From the NCBI GenBank assembly GCA_030167865.1, contig JALAGF010001241.1, forward strand, positions 1-35,948: a stretch of 35,948 nt of DNA, written 5' to 3'. The position numbers and the translations under genes are program-made. Source of the stretch: Craspedostauros australis. Its lineage: Eukaryota. Under the pieces are notes generated by a model. The model was not told where the DNA came from and ran no database searches. It was given only the letters and a program-made list of their open reading frames with translations. Shown here one piece after another: positions 1 through 10,988 of the stretch; the first letter of the stretch is position 1; each line of letters opens with the position of its first letter.

Positions 1-40
1 GGAGCGAAAGTGTGGCGCGATTTTGCAAAATGATGGGGAT

Positions 41-96
41 GATGTGTTTTGTGTGATGTGTTTTGTGTGATGTGTTTTGTGTCATGTGTTATGTGA
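41..96. repeat. 14-bp tandem repeat (GATGTGTTTTGTGT) x3 plus a degenerate 4th unit
   Basis: Read directly: gatgtgttttgtgt gatgtgttttgtgt gatgtgttttgtgt catgtgttatgtga. Confidence 0.9.
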
Positions 97-331
97 CGAG
101 CAGAATGTGGAATCATGCGCCACATGCTAACGTGTAATTAACGTGTACCAAACGACTGAGACCTTCGGAAGCAAGTTCGTGACTGATCACCAGACGATAA
201 ATACTTGAGAACATCATCGAACCTTCGGCAGAAACAAACGAATTTTGTGCTGTTGGATTCACGCGACTAGACTAAACACATTGATTGATCCATAAAACTT
301 AAAATGAAACTAACTACAATCTGAAAGGTTC

Positions 332-360
332 NNNNNNNNNNNNNNNNNNNNNNNNNNNNN
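332..360. other. Assembly gap (29 N)
   Basis: Run of n characters. Confidence 1.
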
Positions 361-988
361 CGAATATGTGCTTAGTTTGAAAATCCCAGAAATCCGATTA
401 GACTTTTCATTTCAAGGTCTTGATCGACTCACTCGGGGGGCTCATACACGAATAGTAACTTCTTTGAGGTGGGGGTCACATCTCACTCCGCAAACCAACG
501 AACGATTGTGATGACCCTGAAATGTCTTTCAGCAGCATCCAAATCGTATCTTCGCGCCACCTCAATCGCCAATCAAATCGAGAAGCGATGGCGCGACGAG
601 GATTATAAATCAACCTCCATGCATCTGCATGTTGCAATGGCATACCACGCTTGCTGATTGTTCGTAACATATTATATAATAGTACAATGTATTCCACTGG
701 TGCTCTACGCATTATCGATGGCCAGCTGGTATAATAGATGCTCTCTCAGCCCAAAGATGAAAATAAGACTAGAATAGAGCGGCATACTCGTATTTTCGCA
801 CTTCTGCGTGTCTCCGATTCAGCAACTCCATCCAACCAACTATCCGTACTCCAACTCGGTATAGTGTTACGTATACCCCGAAAGAGCAACTTCCATGACC
901 GAGCCTTCATTCTGGTAGCATAGCATACCGCCCATCCATCGTTTCATTCATTCGTTCGTGCATCCGACCCGCTCGCATCCCTCTACCT

Positions 989-2657
989 CTACCACAGCCA
1001 TAAGCACGTGTCCGAACATGACGACGCTATCTGCGCGTACTTGGGATTGCAGGCCAGCGCACCGATCGGTCCCCGATGCCCCTCCAGCGTCTTGAGCAGC
1101 GCCCCATTCTCCACATCCCAGCAATACAGCTTGCCATCATCCGCCCCCATGATAACGGACTTGTCGTCCGGCGTGAACACTGTTGAAGACTGCTGCGTCG
1201 GTTTCGGCGTGTGGAATATCCGCTGCACGGTGCTTTCGTATCCGTCCAGGACGATGGCGATGCCTGGATCGGACTCCACCAGTATCCGGCTGCCGCTCGC
1301 GTTGAATTGCATGGTGCGCCAGTTCATGATGCTGGATCCGGACGGGATGCTGACGCGCTGTGTGGCCATGGCCTTTTCAATGTCGGCTTTCGTCACCTTC
1401 AGTTCTGAGAAGGCGCCGCCGGAGTAATTCCTGGCATCGTACAGATGCAGGTGATATCCCTCGCCGCCTGCCATGCCGGCCATGATCGCAAATACGAGTC
1501 CTGTACTGTCAAACACACTGCATGGCGTGCCTTCCGTCTGCTTTGGCAGATCCATCTTGCCCAAACATCCCGCCTGTTGCACATTCCATAACCTGCGCCA
1601 GTCGTTGGACAAATCGATGTATGATAGCATCCGTGCATTCCGATACAATGTGAAGATGGCGTTGTGTCGAATGTGTGCCAAAGTGGACGTTGTTTGTTGC
1701 CGCCGTTGACGCCAACGCATGCCGCATTTCAAATGGAAGCAATGAATCAGAACAAGAACTTGATGAGACACATGCATCGAAGGCGGATGGCCGCACCTTG
1801 AAGCATCCCGCTTTCACGGTTCGATTGTTTCAATCCATGCAGAACCAACGCTCCCACCCAGTTTCAAATCTTCCATTTCACCAAGCAGACCACGCGATAG
1901 CGGCAGCAGCAGAACGATTGATCGTAGAACAATAAACAACGGAGAGAGAACACCCGTCCTCTACAATCACAAACTCACCGCACTGTCCGATCCTTGCTGG
2001 ATGTGAGGAAGGTGTCATCAGCAGGACTGAGACTGATCTTGGTCACCAAATCGCTGTGTCCGCGGAATTTGCGCAGCACCTTGTTATCGTACACGCTCAT
2101 GTAGTTGAGGGAATGGCGTTGGGAGATGGGCAGGTCGGTGGAACCTTTCCCAGCCAGCAAGACGCACTGATCGTGGTGGCTGCATGTGCGGGTATGTCAG
2201 AGGATGGCCGTAGATTGTGATGATTGTGGATGTGTGAAATGCAAGAAGATGAAGAACGAACAGCGAGGGCGTGAGTCACAAATTCAAAAGGAGGTTGTTG
2301 GCATTCCTTCATCATCTTTTCATTGTTCCTCTCTATCTCTCTTCTTCTGCTTCTACTTCTCGCTCCTTGTACCCACCCCACCCCCACCCCCACCCACAAC
2401 ACTCCAGCACCTCCGTGCAAATATACGAGCGCCAGTCGTACTCACGTGCTCGACACCAACCGAATCCCATCGCGTTCGCAGCGTATCGCAGGAGAATCGC
2501 ACTTGCCCGTCTGCGCATTGATCATGTAGAGCCTAGAATCATCCTCGCACGAGGCAAAGAGATGCACGCCATCGTTGTGATAGCACAGCCCCGTCGCCGG
2601 TTTCTGATGTGGAATGACGGCGGCAATTCTTGGTCCGTTGGCAAAGTCCATTCTCAT
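989..2657 (-). CDS. WDR82: WD40-repeat protein WDR82/Swd2 (COMPASS / PP1-PNUTS subunit), 3 exons: 2657-2446, 2179-1979, 1592-989 (~338 aa)
   Basis: GT-AG introns 2445-2180 and 1978-1593 join in frame. Spliced protein reads ...SCEDDSRLYMINAQTG...SSTHH...YMSVYDNKVLRKFRGHSDLVTKISLSPADDTFLTSSKDRTVRLWN...FDSTGLVFA...LYDARNYSGGAF...FTPDDK...CNPKYAQIASS, typical WDR82/Swd2 motifs. Confidence 0.9.
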
Positions 2658-3508
2658 GCAATTGTAGCGTGTCTGCAGTGTGGCTGTGACGTGTTTGGAT
2701 TGATGAAAGCAGCAGCAGCAATATTGTATAATACTATGCTGGTGCGTTTGTTACAATGATCTTCCAATACTGGTACGACTACCCAAGGAGCAAGTCCTTT
2801 CAACAATCATCCGAGGACCGACGGTGGAATGGCACAAGCAAACAAGGAAACAAACAACGAGCCAAGAGAGTACGGCGATGGGTGCGGTTCCCTCCTTTCT
2901 TGGTTGCCTTGTTGGTGCGAAACGTGCGATGCCATCAATGATCGTGGTTTGGCGGGTTGTTTGTTGTCGACGCACGGACGAAACTAATGGTCAATCTAGT
3001 CAAACTTGCGACGAACTATTCACGACTGGGTTGTTTTTGTGATGGATGTGGGAAGAAATTCAAAGGTATATTCGCCGTTAACTGAGCGTTATATTCGACA
3101 AGGCAAAGTTGCGCACGACCAAAAACAAATGGACTCAACACGGGACTTTGTTCACGGAAGCAGACGTCAAAGGCACACGATGTTGGTGGGATGGATCATC
3201 GTGGAGAAGACAGACGTGGACGATCACTGATGATCGCTGGAGGCGATGGCATTGTGCAATCAACGATCTATGGCACCCCCTCCCATACTTTCTGTACCAA
3301 AGAGAAGAGCTGTGAAGGGTGCAGCCATCGTTGCAAGGCATTGAGATCGAGACGGAAGACGGCATCCATCTCCGCATCAGAGACGATCTGATACCTTTGC
3401 ACGAGTACGCGCATAGTAGCACGAATAGAGAGGAAGAGTGCACAGCGAGCATTCGCAAAAGTGATTCGCGAGAGGACCGGAGAAGTTCCAAACTGCATTA
3501 GCCCAACC

Positions 3509-5196
3509 ATGAGAAGAGAAGAGCAAGCAGCGGAACCGTCCAAGGCCAGCGGCAACAACAAAGGATCATCATCGTCTGCCGCAGCGGCAGCCACCATGAC
3601 GGCCCTGCAGGTGGACACAGGAGCCGTGCAGAACGGCCACAACACAGAGACGAACATCATCTCTCCCACCACCAACGGATCATCCGCATCACCGCAGCAG
3701 CGAGAGCGGGCCTCGACACCGAAGCGGCGGCGGCGGAAACTGTACGTGCGGACTCTAAGGTCGTCGTATGATGCGCAGTCAAGGAATTGGCGGCGCTGCT
3801 CTGTTGCCACACCGTCGATGGGTGCAATCGACGTGATATGCTGTTCTGGATGTTCATACAGGAGATAGTTGAGATCGTGGCGGCATTCGGTTCGATTGAG
3901 CGTGGTTCGGTTGGTTTGCTTCCCCTCTTTCCGTGGTCAAGCTCAGGACTTCCTCATGAGGCTACAATCGTTCTCCAGCAGCAGCAACAACAGCAGCCTC
4001 TCACGCTCATTCTTCTCCACCTTTTACTGGGCTGCTTGTTTCTCTTTCACCGCACAAACATACAAAATGACGTACCCGAATACGCTATGCGTCGACGAAT
4101 TCGCAAATGAACAACCCAATGAAACCTATTATACCAACCCCACAAACCAACTGCGTTGAATCATCTGTGACATGGTATTCACAGCTTTGCAGTATCCACA
4201 CGATGGGAACAACAGGTATCGGAGAGCGGCGATGTGCGAGATTGCAACAGCTGGTTCTGCTGCTGCGCCAAACGGATGGGCAATATGTTCGTCCTCTGCT
4301 CCAGGCCGGATGGAACTCCCGTGGTCATCGCCGGTCCCTGCTGGTCCTTCTGCTTGTTCGTCACCGTGCCGTTGATAGTAGGAATATCAGGTGCCGTGGC
4401 TTACTTCGTCATCATCGATGAGAGTTCACCGTTGGTAGGTGCAATCGATGTCTTCTTGCGTGCTGTCACAGCTGTGCCTGCTTGCAGGCATGCTTGGTTC
4501 AATGGTCGACCCAATGCTGGCTTCGCTCTCTGCGTTACTAATGCAATCATTCATTTACTCACTCGCTTATCTGTTCTTTTGGAAAACTGCGATCCGGCCC
4601 AACCAACGCAAACCCCACAGCCGTTTTGGATTGCGTACATATACTTCCCCGTCATCGGCTTCGTTCTGGCGGCGCTGTTCTGCGTGTCATGCCAAGACCC
4701 TGGCCTCATGGAACGCGTGCGCGACGAAGAGGCAGGCCAAGGCGGTTGGTTTTGGAATGAGCAGGTGGGCAGCTTTCGCCCGCCAGGTGCATTGTACTGC
4801 AGGGAATGCGGCGTGCTGATTCAGGACTACGATCATCTGTGAGTTGCATTGTTTTGGCGCGATGTGTCATTGTGAGACATGAGCGTTGCCTTCTCTTGTG
4901 CATCGTACCAATGATTTCATCCTCTTGACCTGCAATCACGCGACTCCATTCCATCCGCTCACTCTTTTGGTTCCCGTTACTGTTCTTGCTCAACGCATTC
5001 AATGCACTCTATCGTCTCGCACGAATCTTCGCCGCTATCCTCCTTCCGTCGCCGCCACAGATGCCCATGGACGGGGACAGGAATCGGAAGAAAGAATATG
5101 CTTGCCTTCAAGGTCTTCATCGTCGGCGTCAACGTGTTGTGCTACTTCAGCATGATATTAGTCATTGTGGCTCTTCTATGGGGTTTGCGGAACTAG
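3509..5196 (+). CDS. DHHC-family S-palmitoyltransferase (DHLC variant), 4 exons: 3509-3741, 4185-4434, 4621-4838, 5061-5196 (~278 aa)
   Basis: Introns gtacgt..tcacag, gtaggt..ccacag and gtgagt..ccacag all splice in frame. Two TM helices, then DPG motif, RPPGALYCRECGVLIQDYDHLCPWTGTGIGRKN, then a TM helix. Exon 1 is less certain. Confidence 0.85.
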
Positions 5197-6582
5197 AGGT
5201 GGGTTGGGGGTTGGCATTCATAGTCGTAGTCGTACCATGCGCGCCACCATACAAACGGATACTCAAACTTGGTGTCAACCTTGAGAATCGAGTGATGGTG
5301 GCGACATCAGCAGAGCGATGCAACCCTCACCTGCAGCAACGGCATGGCACAGCCAACAAACTGAAACTAACAAGGAGTGTATTCTAATCAACTCCATCTC
5401 CTGTGAAACGTCAAACTATTTCCTTCACACAGGTCCACAAACGAATATGCGTGCGATCCCAACACTTCGGCGCATGGTGGGGTACACACACACATACTCT
5501 TTCTCCAGAAGGAGCTTACGCAGAACGCCATGTGATCCATTGCGGTGTTCGATGCAATTCCTTTGGAACGAAGGCGAAAGTGTGGCACAATCACAGCGGA
5601 GGATCATCGATCGATTTGTGGCGATCTGTATTGCCGTTTGCGAGTTGTCCACGGCACGATTCCTGTCGAGCACTTGCGAGATATTTGTAACCATGGAGAG
5701 TCACGGTGGCTGCAACACAGAGAGACGTATGGTCCGGGCGCCCGCGGTCGGTGTCACCAGGACAGGTCGCTGACGCATCAACATGATTTGATGCAAGTAG
5801 AGCACGGAGCATACGATGGAAATGCGTAGAGTTTGTAGTGTAACAAAAAATATGAATCTACATCACTAACACACGGTAATGGAATGAATAGTGTCGTCGT
5901 CGAACGTCATGAATACTTTGTCATCTGCGTGGTTGGATCGGTATTGTGATGCAGCGCTCATGATCGGAGCTTGTGCCTTTTCATCAACTTCATGCGTCTT
6001 CCATTCAAAGTAAAGTGATGGCGCCACTGTAAGGTATAACTTGGCGAAGGCCCAGTTGGCAGCCGTGATTGTCTGAAGGAGGGATATGCACTTATAGTAC
6101 GTATGTACAGAGCATGGAAAGTTGCGGAGTCATCTCCAACGCGCTGCAGCCACGAGCGGAACAACGCGATCATCAGGGACGGAATGGCTTGGGCATGCCA
6201 ATTGATCGTAGCGTGTTTGCGGTTGCATTCTGTGGTGTTTGACAAGCAGCGGGGAATGCGTACGAACGGACAGTGGAGCAAAATGAATGAGAATGAGAAC
6301 GAGCAAAAATAGATCCTCATGCGGCACATGGGGTCGGACTTCTGTTCTTGGGATTTGCGTGTTCGGACATCCGTACCGCCCTCGCAATGCCGTCGTGCAT
6401 GAATGTACTCCATGACGTGTTGTGCAGAAGGCATTCCCACCCAGAGAAACGCCATGCCCGCATCATTGTGGTGGTGGACTGCTCTGCGGTTGTATGCATG
6501 TATGGTACATGCAAGTATTGTGCATCAGAGGGTTGTTGCTGAGCCACTACTGTTGCTGTTCCTGCCTCCGATGATCGAAGAT

Positions 6583-6774
6583 TCAACTGCTGGAATCTCG
6601 TTCTCCCTCCGACAATTCCATTTGACGTACTGTGGCTTGTGGTGTTGGTAGTTCTGCTGCTTCTGTGATCGACTCTCCTCGCGGCCTCGTGACGGGAAGA
6701 TCGCTCATCATGAATTCATCCTCGACGGACAGTCTTCCCGCTCGGTCGTGCGTGTAGTTCACTGGGCTCGTCAT
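6583..6774 (-). CDS. Possible small protein or first exon (MTSPVNYTHDRAGRLSVEDEF...RPRGESITE...)
   Basis: ATG after a CAA/CAG-rich leader like other 5' leaders here; protein-like composition; possible gtacgt donor at 6630; divergent from the 7432 gene. No homology recognised. Confidence 0.3.
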   Translation of the reverse strand: MTSPVNYTHDRAGRLSVEDEFMMSDLPVTRPRGESITEAAELPTPQATVRQMELSEGERDSSS

Positions 6775-6782
6775 GGTGGATC

Positions 6783-6828
6783 TGTTGTTGCTGTTGTTGC
6801 TGCTGCTGCTGTTGCTGTTGCTGTTGCC
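6783..6828. repeat. Mixed (GTT/GCT)n trinucleotide microsatellite
   Basis: tgttgttgctgttgttgctgctgctgctgttgctgttgctgttgcc. Confidence 0.85.
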
Positions 6829-7431
6829 GATGTCGTCACTTGCTTTGTCTCTCCTTGTTGGTGCGTCGATTTTATGAGGCTTTTCCGTTCTGTTGTGGTG
6901 GATCAAGTAATTGCCAACACGATACGCAATGAAAAATTCGCGCATTGAAGTTCTGGTTTGGGTCTCTCGTATCCCGCGTGTTTCGACGTCACGTCCGTTT
7001 TCGTGTTTCGAACACGTGGGAGCCGAACACTCACAATGCGATCGGTTTGGTCGTATGGCCTATTGACATTTTTGACAAGCAGACAACACGGTTTCGGACA
7101 CCAAATGTCCAACTTTCAGACAGACATATATTGTGTTTTGTCCTGCCGTTGCAGATAACGGTCAATAGTTCGCCAATGCGTCGTGTCGGTGTTCTCACAC
7201 AGAGCGTGCATGGTCAGCTCAAAGAGGCGTGATTTGGTTCGTGTTGTTTTGGTTCGGCGGTTTGTCTTTGCAACTGCCACAACAGCAACAACAAGAGAGG
7301 TAACAAACCAAGAGAAGGCAAGAAGCAGTAGCTTGATCACATCTACCAACACCTCCGTCGCGCCAACCAACACAAACGCAGACACAACAACCCACCCACC
7401 CACCCACCCCAATACCTTAGTCGCCATCACC

Positions 7432-8578
7432 ATGAAGCTGTTGACAGCCGCCGCCCTCTCTTTGTTCGCCGTGGCCGACGCCGCAACCCGCGTCGCGGTG
7501 ATCGAAGTGGGAGCCGGCAGCACCGTGCACCGCACCGATGCCAAGAGCGCCGACACCAGCGCCGACGCCGTCGTCTCCCTGTGGGCCGCCCTGCACAGCC
7601 CGGGACGCAAGCCGCAGCATGCCGGCATGACCGTCGTGCCCGATCTCTTCGCGAAGCCGTCCGACGGCATCGTCATCGGCGTCTCCAACGTGGACCTCGA
7701 CTCCATGCCGACCGTCAGCGACCTCATGACCACGGAGGGTGCTTCCGGCGTCGTGGGCCACATGGAGGTCGACGGCAACGCGCAGTCCGACATGTTCTCC
7801 GCCTTGGATGAGGTGGAGACCGTCCAACCGGCCCAGCTGGCCGCCACGGCCAAGCACCACTGCAAGCATGCCGGCATCTCCGGCATCCAGATGGAGGCCA
7901 CCACGCAGAATGCCGAGTCCGTCGATCGCTCCGTCGCGGATATGCTCGCGGAGCTGCAGAGAGTGGCCGCGCAGGACCAACAGACCATCGTTGTGCACCT
8001 CGTCATCGAGGAGGACGAAGGCTCCGCACGCAGGCGCCACCTTGCGCGTCGCCTCAATGAGGACGAGGAGGACAACAACAACAACAACAGCAACGAGGAT
8101 GCAGACAACCAGGATGGTCAGGACGGCCAGGACGGTGCCGACGATGACAAGGACATCTACGGATACTACTCCGATGGCGAATGGGTAAGTTCAACTACGC
8201 ACCATGCATGCTGACAAGAGAGAGACGGAGAGAAGATGGGAGCCACTGCCTCGTGACCATGGACCTCATTTGATTGCGTTGATGCCGAACACATCCCCTG
8301 CCTTGATCTAACCACTCCACCTTCCTCGTCTTCACCGGCTCTGCGCTGCTTGCAATCGATCATTGCTCTCTCCCCCTTCCCCCTCCCAACAACAATTGAT
8401 GTATCAGGTCACACCGTACAAGTCCATGTTCCAGATCCAGTACTTCAACGTCGTCTTGTGGACATCCGTCGGACTTGCCGTCATTCTCATGTTCACGATC
8501 TCCATGATGGTCAACATGCCGCTCATGGAGGACACCCTGCTCTTTGGTCAGTCGGCCAAGATGTCGATGGATGACTAG
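7432..8578 (+). CDS. ATP6AP2: ATP6AP2 / (pro)renin-receptor-like V-ATPase accessory type I membrane protein, 2 exons: 7432-8184, 8408-8578 (~307 aa)
   Basis: Signal peptide MKLLTAAALSLFAVADA; intron gtaagt..tatcag in phase 0; C-terminal TM and tail YFNVVLWTSVGLAVILMFTISMMVNMPLMEDTLLF...KMSMDD resembles the ATP6AP2 C-terminus (FNxxLW..TM..NMxxxxDSxxY..KxxxD); basic RRRHLARRL site before the TM. Confidence 0.7.
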
Positions 8579-8995
8579 CGCGCAGAGAGAGAGAGAGAGT
8601 GTACGACACCAAATGCACCCAATGCATGACTACTCTCTGTCTGCCTCTCTGCAGCATCCTAACATCCAACTAATGTAATCACATCATTACAACAACAACA
8701 ACACACCAAATCAACATGGCATGCTCTTGAACCGTTCTTGCGATTCTATCTTTGCATTCTCGTATGTAGTTGTTTGTATGGTATTGTGATCCATGAGATG
8801 GAGTATGCAAAGTGGGCAGACAACATAAGGAGGACAAAGCGTGCGCTGAGTATGGTTCATGTGTCGTATAATACCGCACTGCAGGCCAAGGCAAGGTGGT
8901 GTTCTAATCTCTCTCTCTCTCTAGTCTATTATCGTTTGTTGTCTCCTATTCAACGCAATCCAACGCAATGGAATGCAGCGCATGGAGGACTCTGC

Positions 8996-10988
8996 TCAGT
9001 TCCAAACATGCTCAGTTTCCGGCACTGCGATGGGCGCCTTCAGTGGCGATGCCTTCACCCTTTGTGGGAAGATGCTGCTGAGATCCAACCTTGGCAGCGC
9101 GTCTCCCATCGGCAATCCGAACTGGTCGAGCTCGGCATGTGCGTTCACGTTCACACCATGTCCATTGCTGCCGCTGCTCTGGCTTTCGGAAGGATCCTCC
9201 TCATCGCATGCCGCGACGTAAAAGGCCGAATCACGCTGCGATGCCACCGATCCGTCCAGATCCTTGTGCAGCACATCGCGACGGATGGAATCGCACAGGA
9301 TGGAGAGCCGCAATGACTTTTGGAAGGGATCCTCGATCATGTGCCCGATCTGGTACACGCCGAACATGAGCCAGGCGATCATGCCGGTGGTCGGACCCGT
9401 CAGCAGCCCCAGATCCTTCACGAGGGCGAACGGGATCGTGAACAGCCAGATGGACAGAGCGCGCAGGGCGTGCCGTGCGTAGTTCAGAGGCACGGAGGTC
9501 TGGTGGATGCGCTCGCATTGGCCGATGGTGTTGGTCAGCTTGTCGATGCTGCCCAGCATGCTGAGGCGCTCGCGCGATGTGAAGCGGTCCGACGATGCGA
9601 TGCACATGAGCTCCTGTCCGATGCGATCGCAGACCCACAGCGGGCGGTTGGCGGATCGGGCCACGAATGCGGCGTCGTGGCCGTCAAACGATGACCACGG
9701 CCAATCCCGCTTGTCCACGAAGCATTCGATGGGGAGGCTCTCGCTCATGCGTTGCATGGCCAGCTTGTCGCCTTCGTAGCGGGTGTCGACGACGCGGCGG
9801 CCGCCCAGCGGTTCGTCCAGCTGCAGCTTGAACTCGTCTGGGATGGCCTCGTGATCATCCTTGCACAGGCAGCTGGATCGTACGTGATGACGCAGCAGGT
9901 AAGGGAATACAGCGACCAGGCTCTTGAGTGTCTCCAAGCGCTGCTGGCCAATCTCTTCGCGGTAGACCGTGATCATGCGAGAGAAGTTGCGGGATATGTT
10001 GAGGATATCCTCCCAGATCTTGCGACCCTCCTGTGCACATGATGGAGGGTGGTGAAAGGGTTGATTGGAACGTGGATGGGAGTATTGGTATGCAACGCAT
10101 GTGCAAGGAAGGGAGTGGAGGAAAGACAAAGGAAGGAAAAGAGATGATGGTGTTAGACCATGTCTTGTGTGATAGCGCGCAGGCAAAGTCCATTCACAGC
10201 TTAGTTGTTGTTGAAAGCAGAATGACTTCCGGGTTGCCTCTGGATGCTGCCAGACTCTTGAGACGAATCTAGAGAGAGCATGGGCCGAATCTGCACATTG
10301 CATGTCATTGCGATGGAATCGTGTCTCTTACCTGAAACCGCTGGTACGCCGAGTTGGTTCGAAACACGAGCAGGAGACTGAGCATGCTGACAAGGAAGGC
10401 GTGCGCCGCATGGGGTATGATCATTTGGTTCGCGAGAAGTTGGTGCCCGGTGGTTTGCAAGATTCGATGCATCACCGACACCGCGGAGCCCCACACGGAC
10501 ATGATGACGACGGGGTGACGGATGTCGCGCAGCACGGAGGATTGGGGCAGGCTGCGCAGGTTGTACCACCAGTCTCCAGCGGAATGTCGATTGACGGCAT
10601 CGGTTTCATCGGATGCGATGAGCGTTGAATCTTCCTGCAATCCGAAGGTTTGCGGTTGTTTCGTCGAAGATTCGCGCGGATGTGCTGAGCTATCGCGGGA
10701 TGGTTTCTGCTGGTCCGCTGTTTGCAACTGTTCCGTTGCGGCTGGCCAAGCGATGGTTCTTTGTGGGCCATGGTGGATGCCGCTGGGCGTGAACAGCGCC
10801 GACTTCTCGAGGTTGGCGTACTTCAGATGCTCCGCCCGATTCAATGAGGCACGGTTTCCGCCGATGCTCGTCTGAGGGTTTGTGAATGCCTCGGCGCAGA
10901 GATATGGGCGGGCTGAATGGTTCGTGGTGATGACAACGGCCAACGCCGCCGCCGCCATGGTTCGGTTGCTGAGGCTGTGTTTCGTCAT
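8996..10988 (-). CDS. Bestrophin-family anion channel (VCCN1/BST/UPF0187 type), probably plastid-targeted, 2 exons: 10988-10332, 10030-8996 (~563 aa; alternative ATG 10958)
   Basis: Intron gtaaga..gcacag in phase 0 gives LSLLLVFRTNSAYQRFQEGRKIW; later GQCERIHQTSVPLNYARH..IWLFTIPFALV and IGHMIEDPF. N-terminus is hydrophobic then AEA-FT, resembling the diatom ASAFAP motif. Confidence 0.9.

Noticed and set aside
41-96. Repeat near the window start as telomere or CRISPR
   Set aside because: Not TTAGGG-like and has no spacers; simple minisatellite
7116-8108. Long antisense ORFs (also 17666-18724, 26527-27240, 23886-24932, 29965-30771, 33783-34157)
   Set aside because: Shadow frames of GC3-rich real genes; no independent motifs
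10031-10303. N-terminal extension of ORF 8996-10303 (and 1593-1777 of ORF 989-1777)
   Set aside because: These are intron sequences; splicing restores the conserved motifs
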